DNA of 64,000 nt from NCBI RefSeq assembly GCF_963676685.1, contig NC_092355.1:23312001-23376000 (forward strand), written 5' to 3'. Below, in pieces: positions 11,856 to 23,851 of the stretch. The number at the start of each line of letters is the position of its first letter. Positions within the stretch are counted from its first letter, which is position 1. A program made the translations under genes and the position numbers. Under the pieces are notes generated by a model. It searched no databases. It was not told where the DNA came from and saw only the letters and a program-made list of their open reading frames with translations. This stretch comes from Mytilus edulis (taxonomy: Eukaryota).

Positions 11856-12491
11856 AATAGAAAAGGAATAACTGTTCATGGTTTGATTCCTGTACTGATC
11901 AATCAAATGTTTCCTATTGCTTGTAACAGATCAAATGTTACTGTCTTATTATAAAAAAAAATATTATATTAACGAGGGACATTATTACACATTTCTAGGA
12001 GGAATTACTAAGAAATGAAAGAACCCTTTCCTCTTAAAATCAAACTTTTAAAATTGTTTAACCAATCAAACGCTTCAATTTTCCTCAAGGTTGAGTATAT
12101 TTTTTAAGTTTGATACATATCAAGTACTGAATGTATCCCTCTTTAAAGAATGACTCAGAATATTGCTTGTAGAAGACTACATAGAGACAAATTGACTGTA
12201 TCCCTGTCTTATTATAAAAAATGATTATAATCATGAAGGCCAAGTACACATATTTCTAAGAAGAGAGTGATTTCCACTCTGATAGCAATTTCTCTATAAT
12301 ACATCCATCATCTCTGCTGTTGATGATTAAAATGTTGAATAACAGTATTTATTTTCTGCAAGTCCTTGATAGTTCTTCAAGAAAATCAATACCTGATGCT
12401 TATATTCTATGTGAACACTTGTTGGCTTCATGATGTTTTCTCTACAACATCAAAAACTTCATTTTGTAGAAGGCAGTGGGAGAAGTGATTA

Positions 12492-12640
12492 CTGTAGAAT
12501 CAGAAATTATTGTGATGTTTTTATTATTGCGAAAAAATGCGACAGGGTTATAATCTGAAATTTTTAATATGAATTTAACAGGATCACAAAATTTGAAATC
12601 ACATTTTAGTCTAAAATGATAAAATGGCAATAATAAATGT
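12492..12640 (+). mobile_element. Truncated CTGTAAATTCAGAAATTATTG-family MITE
   Basis: CTGTAGAATCAGAAATTATTGTGATG... is colinear with 5501. The right TIR is missing. Confidence 0.75.
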
Positions 12641-13022
12641 GATCTTTTGTTGGCTTCATAATGTTTTCTCTACAACATCAAAAAGTTCATTTTTGAGAAG
12701 GTAGTGATTATGTAGTAACGTTGTCGTGCTCTCCATGATCATATACATATGTTGTGCTGATCATATACATAGACCTGTGTTGTTGCAATTACGTATTGAA
12801 ACACGAGAAAATTGATTCCTACTAGCTCATTTACACAGAAAACTCAAATTACATGAAAAGAACAAAGAATAGGGGTTTGGCATATATGTAAGGATAACTG
12901 ATATAAGTTGATTTATGTTGAGTTGTGGTGTAGTTTACCAAGAATTTGTGTTATTTCCATAGTCTTAATTTCCTTATGTAATGTTTTAAGGAAACAAAAT
13001 GTAGACTTGAGACAATTAATTG

Positions 13023-13263
13023 TTGATTGATTTATTGGTGTTTAATGCCAATTTCAGCACTATTATGCTATTTTTCTAGCAGTTTGTTTTATTTGGGGAA
13101 GGATTAAGCCTTTAAGAGTGCCTGGATAGAGAACCACTGACCTTCAGTAGGTAAATTGACAATTCTAATTGTCACTCAAGATTTTAAATATAAGCCAACT
13201 ACCACACTCTGGATTCCGACTATACGGTAGTTGGACTTCTTAGACCTCTCTACCAGCAGGGCC
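13023..13263 (-). mobile_element. Degenerate tRNA-derived V-type SINE
   Basis: The reverse complement begins GGCCCTGCTGGTAGAGAGGTCTAAG and ends GGCATTAAACACCAATAAATCAATCAA. Homologous to 43882-44159. Confidence 0.75.
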
Positions 13264-14237
13264 TAGAAACGATTAATCAGACCATAAAATATTCTTTTAA
13301 ATTAGTTGTAGAAAATGTTTCAAGGAGTTGGAAGTTCAGGGGTTTTAGTTATTCTACTCATATTCAAAATTTGTTCTTGAAACATCAAATCCAGTTCTTT
13401 GATTGGTTTATTTTTGAGTCTTATCAGAGAACAATAATTATACTCCAGATTTTCTTGTGGTCATGTGTTGATATATATAAATTGAATTGCCGTATTCATG
13501 TCTATTTCATTTCAAACTATGTGACAACTGATTTAATAAAAATATTATTTAATTTTAATATGACAAGACATTTTTCTTAATTAACAAACACTTCAATATA
13601 TATCCAATGGTTATATAAATATTTTAAATGTACTACCAACTGAAGTTTATACCTTTTAAAAAACAGAAATCAATGCAGGACTTCTTTTAGTAGAATTTAA
13701 TTGTATTAGACCTCAAGTGAAATTTAGATTACATGAAAACTTGTATGTCAATCAATGCACCCATGCTGAACAGTATTTAAATTCTCTCAATCTATAAGTC
13801 CCCTGTTAAAAAAGATATGTTTTATATTCATGAATTCACTCATGGTCGAAGGACAATCAATGTTTTATCAGGCAATTATGTATAGTAGTATTTCTCAATA
13901 CCTGCCATTTTCTTTAAAAAACAGGCTGTCTATAGATTTCCAGTTGCTTGTCAACGACCATGTATAGCGAATTATCTTAAATGCCACTTGAGATCGGCAA
14001 ATATTGAACCGATCATCCGCAGTAAATAGGAAATCGTTAAAAAATTAAGTTTTCGACTGCAATTTATGCTTTTAGGAAATATTGCCTATTAGATGTTTTT
14101 AGCCCCTTGAGAAAAATTTATTGAGTTTGTCTAGTGGGTTGTTAGTTTAGTTTAATTTCAATCAATTTTTGACATGTATTCATGTTAAGTAGAATTTAAG
14201 GGATGTTTGGCTGGGGTAAAAACAAGTGCAAATGTTA

Positions 14238-14319
14238 GTGTTGAGAAAAAGCCGAAGAAAAAGTCGCTGAGAAGAATAAGTGTTGAGAAAAAGCCAAAGA
14301 AAAAGTCACGGAGAAGAAA
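14238..14319. repeat. 42-bp tandem dimer (GTGTTGAGAAAAAGCC.AAGAAAAAGTC...)
   Basis: Directly visible. Confidence 0.8.
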
Positions 14320-14697
14320 ACATACAAATACACAAAGTAAAGATCAATATTATAAGAAAAATTAAATTTACGCCATGCACATCACATGTTTTTCATGAAA
14401 GTTATAGAAAATAAGACTTCATGCATGTCATTGAAAGTAAACTAATGGCATGTTTTATCTGCACTGTAAACATATATATTGATCTATTCAGACTAAATCT
14501 CAGTTACATACTTTACATTTCAAAAAAAGTTACATAAGCGACATATGTATGCTTTATATGTGACATATGTTTGTTAAAAGAATCAGTGACGGTCACATTA
14601 CAGTTTTTGAATTAACTAAGAAAAGTAACAAATGTGAGATAGAAAAACATTTAATAATTTTAAAAACTGTTGTTACATACACATCTATGTAATATAA

Positions 14698-15192
14698 TAG
14701 TTGCATATATATGTAATCTTACATCTAAGCAGTTACATATGTAATTGCAAAAACAGTTACATATGTAACATTGCAAAAATAGTTACATATGTAACATTGC
14801 AAAAACAGTTACACATGTAGCATTACAAAAACAGCTACACATGTAGCATTACATTAAAGCAGTTAATTACACATGTAGCATTACAAAAACAGCTACACAT
14901 GTAGCATTGCATTAAAGCAGTTAATTACACATGTAGCATTACAAAAACAGCTACACATGTAGCATTGCATTAAAACAGTTGCACATACCAAATAGCAAAA
15001 ACAGTTACATATGTAGCATTACGAAAAACAGTTACATATGTAGCATAACAAAAACAGCCACACATGTCATATTAAACTGAAAAAAAGTAACACAAAACAG
15101 CTACATATCACATAACATAAACACTGGCATATGTAACATTAAAATAATAAGTTACAAATTTAGCAATTACGCAAACAGTTACATATGTAACA
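14698..15192. repeat. ~24-bp minisatellite with palindromic core GTTACATATGTAAC and a 58-bp higher-order block
   Basis: AAACAGTTACATATGTAACATTGC recurs. 58-bp blocks start at 14821, 14879 and 14937. Confidence 0.9.
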
Positions 15193-15628
15193 AAAGAAAG
15201 TGACATTTTTCACATGCATATGAAAATCAGTACACCACAAGTTCTATTCATAATTTTCATGAACTGAATGAATAAGACTTCGATATCAATTATATGCTAT
15301 TGTAAAAAAAATCATGTATATCATGTATATATAGTGTATGTACTTCATTTTTACCAAATTTGAATTGTTTTTAAACAGTTTCCTGTGAAATGACTTCATA
15401 TTTCAAGTACTATTTCCTAGATAAACATCTCAAGATCTCTCTGAAATTGTATAATTTTGTAACACATTAAGAAGTACATGTAATATAATACATGAGGACT
15501 GTATTTCGTATTAGAGTTTCATCATCTTATTTTAGAATTGGTACTTATAGAATTAGTTATATATTTTAGGAACATACTGTTTCACAATGTTTAATGCCCC
15601 AGACTATTTAGAGCTCTACATGTTTAAA

Positions 15629-15837
15629 GAGGGGCGTAAAAGGGGGGGGGGGGTATCTGCATGGAAGAACGCGAAATAAATTTGTCATTTCACGATGAAC
15701 GAACAATTTAAAATGTCTTGCATGTTGATCTTTTTACCGATTTTATGAAACACGGTGAATAACAAACCTTTTTCACAGCTGCACGTGAAATAAAAATGGC
15801 AAAACACGTTGCAAGAAAATAACCCTTTACTACCCTC
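15629..15837. mobile_element. MITE with GAGGG...CCCTC termini
   Basis: Imperfect TIR GAGGGGCGTAAAAGGG / CCCTTTACTACCCTC. The interior is CpG-rich relative to the flanks. Confidence 0.55.
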
Positions 15838-15933
15838 GTTAAAGGCACCCCTCTTTTGTTGAAGACTTTTTGGTTAAATAATACGACTAAGATTTCTATC
15901 TCATTTAGGAGTACCTCGCATCTCTTTTGTCAA

Positions 15934-16056
15934 GGAGCTTTGGTGGCAGAGTGGTTTATAGTAATGACTATATATATTCACTCTGAGGTTGTGAGTATGA
16001 ACTCTGTGGTGAGATGGATATGACTTGTAAAGATCTTTATTGACTTACTTTTGTAG
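15934..16056 (+). mobile_element. 5' (tRNA-head) fragment of a V-type SINE
   Basis: GGAGCTTTGGTGGCAGAGTGGT (A-box-like) followed by CTGAGGTTGTGAGTATGAAC (B-box-like). Confidence 0.6.
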
Positions 16057-16146
16057 TATATTGCATTGTGATGAGCAGGTTATTTTAGAAGACTGGAAGA
16101 TGTTCACTTCCTCAACTGGCCTTTGAAATGTCAGTTCTAATGAACC

Positions 16147-16285
16147 CAGTGGCTGATCCAGAAATTTTCATCAGGGGAAGGGAACCTGGCACTGACTGTC
16201 TAAAGAGGGGGGGGTTAAGACTCCAGTCATTCCTAAATAATCAACCAAATTTTTTCCGCTAAAGAGGTGACTGAATCTATGTCTG
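16147..16285 (+). mobile_element. Degenerate CAGTGGC.GATCC MITE
   Basis: Shares CACTGACTG.CTAA..GAGGG...CTCCAGTCAT...ATAATCAACCAAATT with 20023-20156. Confidence 0.65.
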
Positions 16286-17648
16286 TTTATTGTACAAGGG
16301 AAAGATGATTAAATCTGTAACGCAGATACATAACATTGCAAGTCATCTTTAAAAGTTGAATGTACTTAGGAATAACACATTTATGAGAAAATGTCCCAGT
16401 GAAATTTAAGGTAAATGAAGCATTAGGAATTTATAGGATAATCCGACCAGTTCAATTTACTTTTTGTAAAGTGGAGTAACAGTAACATAAAAACGTATTT
16501 TACATGTCATTATTAGATATCCTGAGGGGTTTTCATATTCTAATTTAAAATCGCAGCTTGCAAGCTACCAGGCGATTCACATCTCTGTAATATAATTATA
16601 TAACTTTCAATAAAACAGTGATAGGTAAATATTACCCCTTTTACACTCTCTAAATTAATTTTCTAGTCATAGGGTTGTTCAGTTATTGATACAGATGTCA
16701 CAGGATAAAAGTCAATACTGTTTGGTATATTGCCAATTTTGTCATCTAGTCTTAGCCAATCAAATTTCTCCCTGATGTTCTGTAATTGAGGGCAATGAAC
16801 TCTACTGGCCCACTGACACACTGCCGACTGATTTAACATTACTGGAGCAACATGGTTTTATGTCTATTTTTAGCCATTTGACATGAATACATAAAAATGC
16901 TTAGGATAATTGTAAAACCACATGGTTATGTGTTTAGAAAAGTATTTTTTGGATATTACAATTCATTGTGATGTGAATTATGACACAAAAGTACAGAACT
17001 ATTAGATCTTTACTGTAAGTAATATATTTTTCTTTTCTTGTTTTCAAGTTTAAGTTAGGGAATTCATAATTTTTTTCCTCAAATACTGGTATATATTTTG
17101 ATTGACAGATATTTGTAGGTGTTACCATGTACCTGTGTAGATATACAGTCACACAGTACATGAACTGTTAGTGGTTGTTGTCGCTCTGTTACGTACAAAC
17201 TAGGGGGAAATTCTTACATAAAAATTAGCTTTTGGTTTTATACATGTGACACCCATAGTCAGGGGGCTAGGGAGTGTGGGCCCTTAGGTAAGTTTCTGAG
17301 AAAGATGTGCTTATTATGCATCTTTTCATAGTTTTTATTGACTAATTATTCAGGTTCAAAATCAGGTAGTCAACTTTTTAGGACAATTTAACCCACCACT
17401 GCCCCATACCTGTCCCCTTAATGAAATTTGAGGTTTGTTCTAGAAATTATAAATGATATTTTAAATCTTTTTTTACATTTTTACAAACTTCTTGAATTTG
17501 TCTTCGCTAGGTTATTCTGCTGATTAATGTCATATACAATGAAGACGTCTGAGCCCTGAGCCAGATTAAGAATTCCGGATACATTAAGTGCAGAATACCA
17601 GAAGTTATGAGTATTAAGAATAGATTATTGATGATCATTGAAGCAGTA

Positions 17649-17858
17649 CTGTGGATTCATTATTATTCGTTGGATACCAATTTTCGTGGATTTCGTGGGC
17701 ACAGTCTAACCACGAAATTAAATATTCAACGAATGATAATTTTTCTAATAGGTTTGTATGCAGACTTCGGCAAAACCACAAAATTAAATATCCACGAATA
17801 TGCAAGTTTTTCTTAATCAACGAAAAATTGGTACCCACGAAAATAAATGAATCCACAG
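17649..17858 (+). mobile_element. Intact 210-bp TA-flanked MITE (Tc1/mariner-type)
   Basis: TA|CTGTGGATTCATT...AATGAATCCACAG|TA, a perfect 13-bp TIR that extends imperfectly inward. Confidence 0.92.
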
Positions 17859-17994
17859 TATTAGCCTAGAATAACTCTTTGTTGTGTCTTTGGTATGCCT
17901 TTAGGAGATTAGTCCAACAGCTTTTGGTATCTGATTTAGCAGAAAAAGTTCTTGATGTATATATACAAGGTTGAAGATTCCAAAGTGGAACATG

Positions 17995-18106
17995 CAAGAT
18001 TTTTTCACTATGTTGAAGACCCATTGATTGCCTTTCGCTGTTTACTGCTCTTTGGTCAGGTTGTTGCATTTAGTCTCTTAGACATATTCCCATTTCCATT
18101 CTCAAG
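17995..18106 (+). mobile_element. Family B fragment
   Basis: TTGAAGACCCATTG...CTGCTCTTTGGTCAGGTTGTT...CCCATTTCCATTCTCAA. Confidence 0.7.
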
Positions 18107-18262
18107 TTTATCTAATTGTGGAAACCAAAATTATAACTCAAGCTCATGTGGATATTATATAGTAAACACAACATATATATACAGAAATAACAATGCTGTC
18201 CTCTTCCTTGAGTCGGGTCTAAAAAATTAGACTTATCATCACTGGGTTTGTACTTACATTAG

Positions 18263-18716
18263 CAACATGGCAGGTGGTACTGAGTGGAGCAGGATCTGCT
18301 TACCCTTCCAGAGCTCTGGAGATCATCAACATGGCAGGTGGTACTGAGTGCAGCAGGATCTGCTTACCCTTCCAGAGCTCTGGAGATCATCAACATGGCA
18401 GGTGGTACTGAGTGGAGCAGGATCTGCTTACCCTTCCAGAGCTCTGGAGATCATCAACATGGCAGGTGGTACTGAGTGGAGCAGGGTCTGCTTACCCTTC
18501 CAGAGCTCTGGAGATCATCAACATGGCAGGTGGTACTGAGTGGAGCAGGATCTGCTTACCCTACCAGAGCTCTGGAGATCATCAACATGGCAGGTGGTAC
18601 TGAGTGGAGCAGGATCTGCTTACCCTTCCAGTTCCAGAGCTCTGGAGATCATCAACATGGCAGGTGGTACTGAGTGAAGCAGGATCTGCTTACCCTTCCA
18701 GAGCTCTAGAGATCAT
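18263..18716. repeat. 64-bp tandem array, 7 near-identical copies, probably inside an interspersed element extending ~18230-18870
   Basis: The unit CAACATGGCAGGTGGTACTGAGTGGAGCAGGATCTGCTTACCCTTCCAGAGCTCTGGAGATCAT starts at 18263, 18327, 18391, 18455, 18519, 18583 (70 bp, with a TTCCAG duplication) and 18653. Confidence 0.97.
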
Positions 18717-20022
18717 CATAAGTTTTTTTAGGGGTTCATGCATATTTCTCTGTCTAGAACGGTTTTCGATGTCAGGTTTTGTTTACCATTGTTTGTTGGT
18801 TTTTTGTTTTTGCCATGGCATTGTCAGTTTGTTTTAGACTTATGCGTTAGATTTTCAATTTGGTATATTTTTTAAACAAATTTTGATTAGAATGAAGCGA
18901 AAATAGCATGCAATGAAAATCTTAGCCAACTCTTAAATATGGAAAATAAAACAATATCATTTTAAATAAAAGCAAATTGTGGAATTAATGCCCTTTAACT
19001 TTGGTATTATCCAATCAAAAGAAAAGTTCCAAACAGTGTTGCATTGAGATCTGTGTTTTACTGACTCATTATTTTATCATCAAAAGAAAATCATGGATAT
19101 ATGAAGAAAGATTGAAGGATGTTGAAATGAAATATAAAGATTGATGTTTTCTTAATTTGGGAAATCATCAGCTTGATGACAAATGAAAATCTCAGCATTA
19201 CCCAAAGTAAATTTGACAAGAAATTTCCTGAGAAGCAGAGAATTTGATGACAAAATTTCTACATAATAATGCTATAATTCTGACATAACATAAAACTGTC
19301 TTGTTTTCTCCAGAAATCGGATTCTTCTCTTCAGATTTCTACAAATCAATAATTATTTGATTGCACAATTTCTATGTTCCTTAGTAGCAGCTGAGAGACT
19401 AGTAATGTTTCATGGATTTACATGCAAACAAATTGTCGATAGTTAATTGACTCGCCAGTTGACTAGCGCAGGGATAGCTAGTGTAAAATATAGGATTGGT
19501 TTTCTTATTATAATTTGATGTTTTTCAATTTGTAAAATCTCTTGTATATCTTGTAATTATGTATAATTCTCTGTAGATGCTATTAAAGTCTCATTAAAAG
19601 AGTGATCCTGATATATTTTATATATATTTTATATCAGGTGACGAGAATTTAATTTCCAGAAGGAATATCAGTGGGTAGAAAATGATATACAGGGATCCAG
19701 TCTCAAAGATGTATTCAGAAATTGATGTCAATTAAATCTTTCTTTTATTCTATTGTTTTGGAAATATACAAATTTAGAAGTTGAAAAAATGCTGTATATA
19801 TCATTATGTTTCAAGGGTAACTTTTTTTTAATATTAGAAAAATAGAGGCACAAAAGGGGCAATCAAAAACGTAAAACAAAATCCCCTGTGAATGCCTGTT
19901 GTCCTTGTGTCTATGTGTCTGTGTGTCTGTCTGTCCAGTCTTGTAAGAGCTCTGGCTTGTACATTTTTAACCAGAATTTCTACATTCAAATGCATGTGTG
20001 TAATAATTGTTGCCTCTGCTTT

Positions 20023-20156
20023 CAGCGGAGGCACACTGACTGCCTAACAGAGGGCTTGCTCCAGTCATGCATCAGTGATTCCCCATATAATCAACCAAAT
20101 TCTTCCCAGAAAAGGGAGTTCCCAGCCCCCCTGGGCCCCCTCTCAATCAGCCTCTG
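20023..20156 (+). mobile_element. Internally deleted CAG...CTG MITE with 5-bp TSD GCTTT
   Basis: GCTTT occurs at 20018-20022 and 20157-20161. Homologous to 16147. Confidence 0.75.
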
Positions 20157-20726
20157 GCTTTAACCTGTTGTTAAGTACATACCCTCATCGATGCTATTGG
20201 AGGGCCCTCTTAGTTTGAACATTGCTTCATAGTATCAACTCATCCAAAGAGGGCGATTGTGGGTACCTTTGGCAGTTTGTCCTAAGATGGTCTGACAAGT
20301 AAATACCTAAGCAGGGATCTCCATGGCCTGTTTAATGATGGCTAAGGGTACGTAACATTACATGTGCATATGTTGTGGGAATTCACAACAATATAAGTCG
20401 AAATGTTACCTAAAGGAACCAATGATAGTTATTTTTAGAAAGAACTGTGTAGACATATATTAGACCTAATGGTCTATATTTAGTTGATTATGTAATAATT
20501 GTATGGAACTGAAGTGTTTAAATAGTAGTAAGTACAATTTATTAAGATTTTTCCACATGGAAATTAAATAAAAAATTGAATAAAAAAATACTGTAGAAAA
20601 ATTACTGATAATTGTTGGGATTGTTACAGCAAATAATTGCTTGGGGTATATGTTTATTATGAAACTCAAAAAATAATGCATTTTATTTGGCAGTACGTAC
20701 AATATCTTGTGTGAATTATTTTACAC

Positions 20727-20873
20727 TAGTCATTTTAGGGACCTTTTAGCTTGCTGTTCGTGGTGAACCAAGGCTCTGTCACTTTGACCTATAATGGTTT
20801 AATAACTTCCACAAGCTGTGACTTGGATGAGAGAGTTGCCTCATAGGCACTCATACTATATCTTCTTATATCT
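20727..20873 (+). mobile_element. Family A copy
   Basis: GCTTGCTGTTCG..CCAAGGCTC..TTGACCTATAATGGTTT...GAGAGTTGCCTCATAGGCACTCATAC..ATCTTCTTATATCT. Confidence 0.8.
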
Positions 20874-21717
20874 TTTGACCTGTTTAGTGTTAACCAGTTG
20901 CATCTGATTTTCTGTGGCATATATTGATACAATAAAAATCTTTGTCAGTTTCCTACCTCTGGACCTACCCAAGTTCATAGTGTCATCTGTTAAAGATTTA
21001 ATTGCGTTTCTAGAAAACAATTCGAGGAAAAGATTTTTGTAGCTTGAATTAATAGCTTAATTTTTTACACTACTAATTATTCAGTCAAATATGTTATAGG
21101 ATTAACCTAAAAGAAAGTGAACAAATTGTAAGAACTGTCAACATTGGAAATAACACATGTACTTGATTATGCATATGCAAATTTGTAACCAGATGTTTAT
21201 GTAAATCTGGATCTGAGTCAAAGAAAAACTTACTTTTTCCAGATTTTTTTGATGCACAAAAGAATATTAAAAAAACATAGTGGAAAGACCTTAAAAACTA
21301 AATAAGAATTCCTAAATGGACTTGTTTGGGGGTGAACTTTCAACAATTTTATCTTTAATTTTTATGGTATTTTTATGTCCTCATTGAATCTTTGAACTTT
21401 TTAGGTCTGTCTTATGATTTTTTGTTGGGTTCATGTAGTTCAAATCCTATAATTTTTTTTCGTGGTGTTTAAAAGGTTGTTGTTTATATTTCTAGTTTTG
21501 CTTCCTTACTGGATGAAGGCCATGTGTGGAGCTTTTGTCTTTATAGTTTGTTGTGACCTGTTGTCTTTCTGTAAGCTTTTCAGATTCACAATATATTCTT
21601 TATCTATTTCTTGAGAACCAAGTAACAAAATATTATTCAGCAGAGATGTATATGAAGTTTGTGCATGGTCAACCATGGTCTGATGTATGACTATTGTTGA
21701 CAATCCATGCTGAACAT

Positions 21718-21935
21718 GGTTGACCATGTTGTAAAGCACATCCAAATATTGTTTGACCATGGTGTAAAGCACATCCAAATATGGTTTGACCATGGTGTAA
21801 AGCACATCCAAATATGGTTTGACCATGGTGTAAAGCACATCCAAATATGGTTTGACCATGGTGTAAAGCACATCCAAATATGGTTTGACCATGGTGTAAA
21901 GCACATCCAAATATGATTTGACCATGGTTATCAAT
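21718..21935. repeat. 33-bp minisatellite, 6 or more copies (TTTGACCATGGTGTAAAGCACATCCAAATATGG)
   Basis: TGACCATG occurs at 21721, 21754, 21787, 21820, 21853, 21886 and 21919. Confidence 0.97.
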
Positions 21936-22061
21936 GATGTGTGTAATTACCAGTACTTCTGTGCTGCTTAAGTCAGGAGGGCCCATATAAAATGTACATG
22001 AGACCTTACAAGACACTATAATATACTCCCTTTACAAATCTTTTCAATGAAGGATTGAAAT

Positions 22062-22530
22062 TGATTGTTGGTTGCTTTAATGTACAGTGGCAAAGATTTC
22101 AATACAATCAAATTATTACTGATATATGACCATTGGTAATATTGTACTTGATCAACCATACTTTAACTAAAGTCAACTGTTTTTTTTTCCTCAAAAAATG
22201 CTATACCATGTCCAGTGGCAAATATTTCAAGACAATCAAATTATTATTTATAAATATCCATTGGTAAGCATATGTTTTTGAAAAACAGTTGACCTTTATA
22301 AAAGTCTTAATTGATCAAGTACAATTTCTTATAATTTTCTTTTTTTCAAATGTACTGACGGTGATTGATTGTTGTTTGCTTCAATGTCCAGTGGCAAATA
22401 TTTCAAGACAATCAATTTATTATTCTTTAAATGTCCATTGGTAAGCATGTTTTGAAAAACAGTCGACCTTTATTTAAGTCTCAGTTGATCAAGTACAATC
22501 TTACAATTTTCTTTTTTCAATTTACTGATG
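22062..22530. repeat. Degenerate ~130-177-bp tandem triplication containing an inverted SINE-tail-like segment
   Basis: TGT(A/C)CAGTGGCAAA.ATTTCAA.ACAATCAA occurs near 22081, 22208 and 22385. Confidence 0.75.
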
Positions 22531-22842
22531 GATGATAATTGAAAGGGATGTATATCCTGCTTGAAAGGAAATGATGTGATCATAATTCTTAGAAAGACTT
22601 GCAGCTAGATATGTATAGTAACATTTAATTTGAAAATGCTGTTGTTGAATATATAATTGGGTGTTTGCAGATCTTGTCACATTAGATAGAAATTAGTTAA
22701 AGCTGACATCAGGTGTTATGCTATATTGATTATTCCCTTGTAACAGTTTGTGATGATAGTTCTAGGTCTGACATCTCTGCAGGTTTTCTTTATCTGTGAT
22801 ATGAGAGTCAGAATAACCTTCGCTGATATTGATGAAAGTAGC

Positions 22843-23190
22843 GTCTTGAAGACTTAAAAATCAAAATCGTCACAATGATAGATATATTTGAGTGTCTTGA
22901 ATTAAGACTTAATAATTATCGTCACAATGTTAAATATATATAAACGTCTTGAAGATTTGCATTACAAAATGTTGAATATTTATGAACTTCAAGACTCTTG
23001 TGCCATTTTTAGAATGATGATTGGTTTGGAAACTTTCATGAATGTTGTCTTGAAGACTTAAAAATCGTCACAATGTTGAATAATTTTATTTGAATGTCTT
23101 GAAGACTTGCATGATGAAGGTTAAATATTTATTATCACCAAGACTCTCATGGCATTTTTAGAATGACAATTAGTTTGGAAGGTTTCATGG
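22843..23190. repeat. Compound tandem repeat (GTCTTGAAGACTT...TCGTCACAATG units plus a ~150-bp dimer)
   Basis: Directly visible recurrent motifs. Confidence 0.75.
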
Positions 23191-23655
23191 ATATTGCTGA
23201 ATTTTGATTGGCTTTGAGAGTTTCATCAACATTGTTAAATAAGGTGTTATTTCCATTCTGTCTTTGCTGTATGTTATCTTTGTACATGTCCAACAAACTT
23301 TTATGCCTGGTCTGACATGATTGTTTTCTCTTTTGATCAAAATTGTTACAAGCTTGCAGTCCCTGTTAGTTGGAGGTATAATAGTTGGCCCTATTCATAT
23401 AATTTTTCTTACCAAGTTATTTTGCCGTGAGATATCTTCATGTATTCGTGGTTTTCTAATTTTTTGTGGTGTAACTGTTGACATCAAGCAAAAATTTTAG
23501 TCATTCAAAAAATATGGACTATATAAATGCCTCAGGGCATCATAAAGAGTCAAAGTCTAAAAGTTATCTTTTCTTTCATAGAGTGGTTTTGTCAAATTAT
23601 TAAAACAGTTTTTTGGAAGAAAATTTGTAATTTGATAAATATATATACTTAGTAA

Positions 23656-23851
23656 CTGTAAATTCAGAAATTATTGTGTGTATAAATTGTCGTTTTAGAC
23701 TAAAATGTGATTTTAATTATTGCAAAATCGAGAAAAATCCTGTTTAATCCATACAAAAAACAAACTAAATGCGATTTAAAATTATTGCGATTGTAACCCT
23801 GTGGCATTTTTCGCAATAATAAAAACCGTGCAATAATTTCTGAATTCACAG
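23656..23851 (-). mobile_element. CTGTAAATTCAGAAATTATTG-family MITE
   Basis: 21-bp TIR with one mismatch and TA on the right. Reverse homolog of 5501-5709. Confidence 0.88.

Noticed and set aside
14462-15380. Complete CACTA/EnSpm-like element enclosing the palindromic minisatellite
   Set aside because: The left CACTGTAAA has only a poor inverted match (TTTAAACAGTT) and no TSD, so it is not supportable.
18263-18716. CRISPR-like regular array with palindromic repeats, and repeated 63-77 aa ORFs
   Set aside because: There are no unique spacers (whole units are near-identical) and no cas genes, and the context is eukaryotic. The ORFs are products of the 64-bp period.
19645-19725. Possible short coding exon (KEYQWVENDIQGSSLKD)
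   Set aside because: The splice signals are weak and there is no recognisable homology.
21506-22016. 142-aa and 115-aa repetitive ORFs
   Set aside because: They are read-throughs of a 33-bp minisatellite that is open in several frames on both strands, with no splice or codon evidence.
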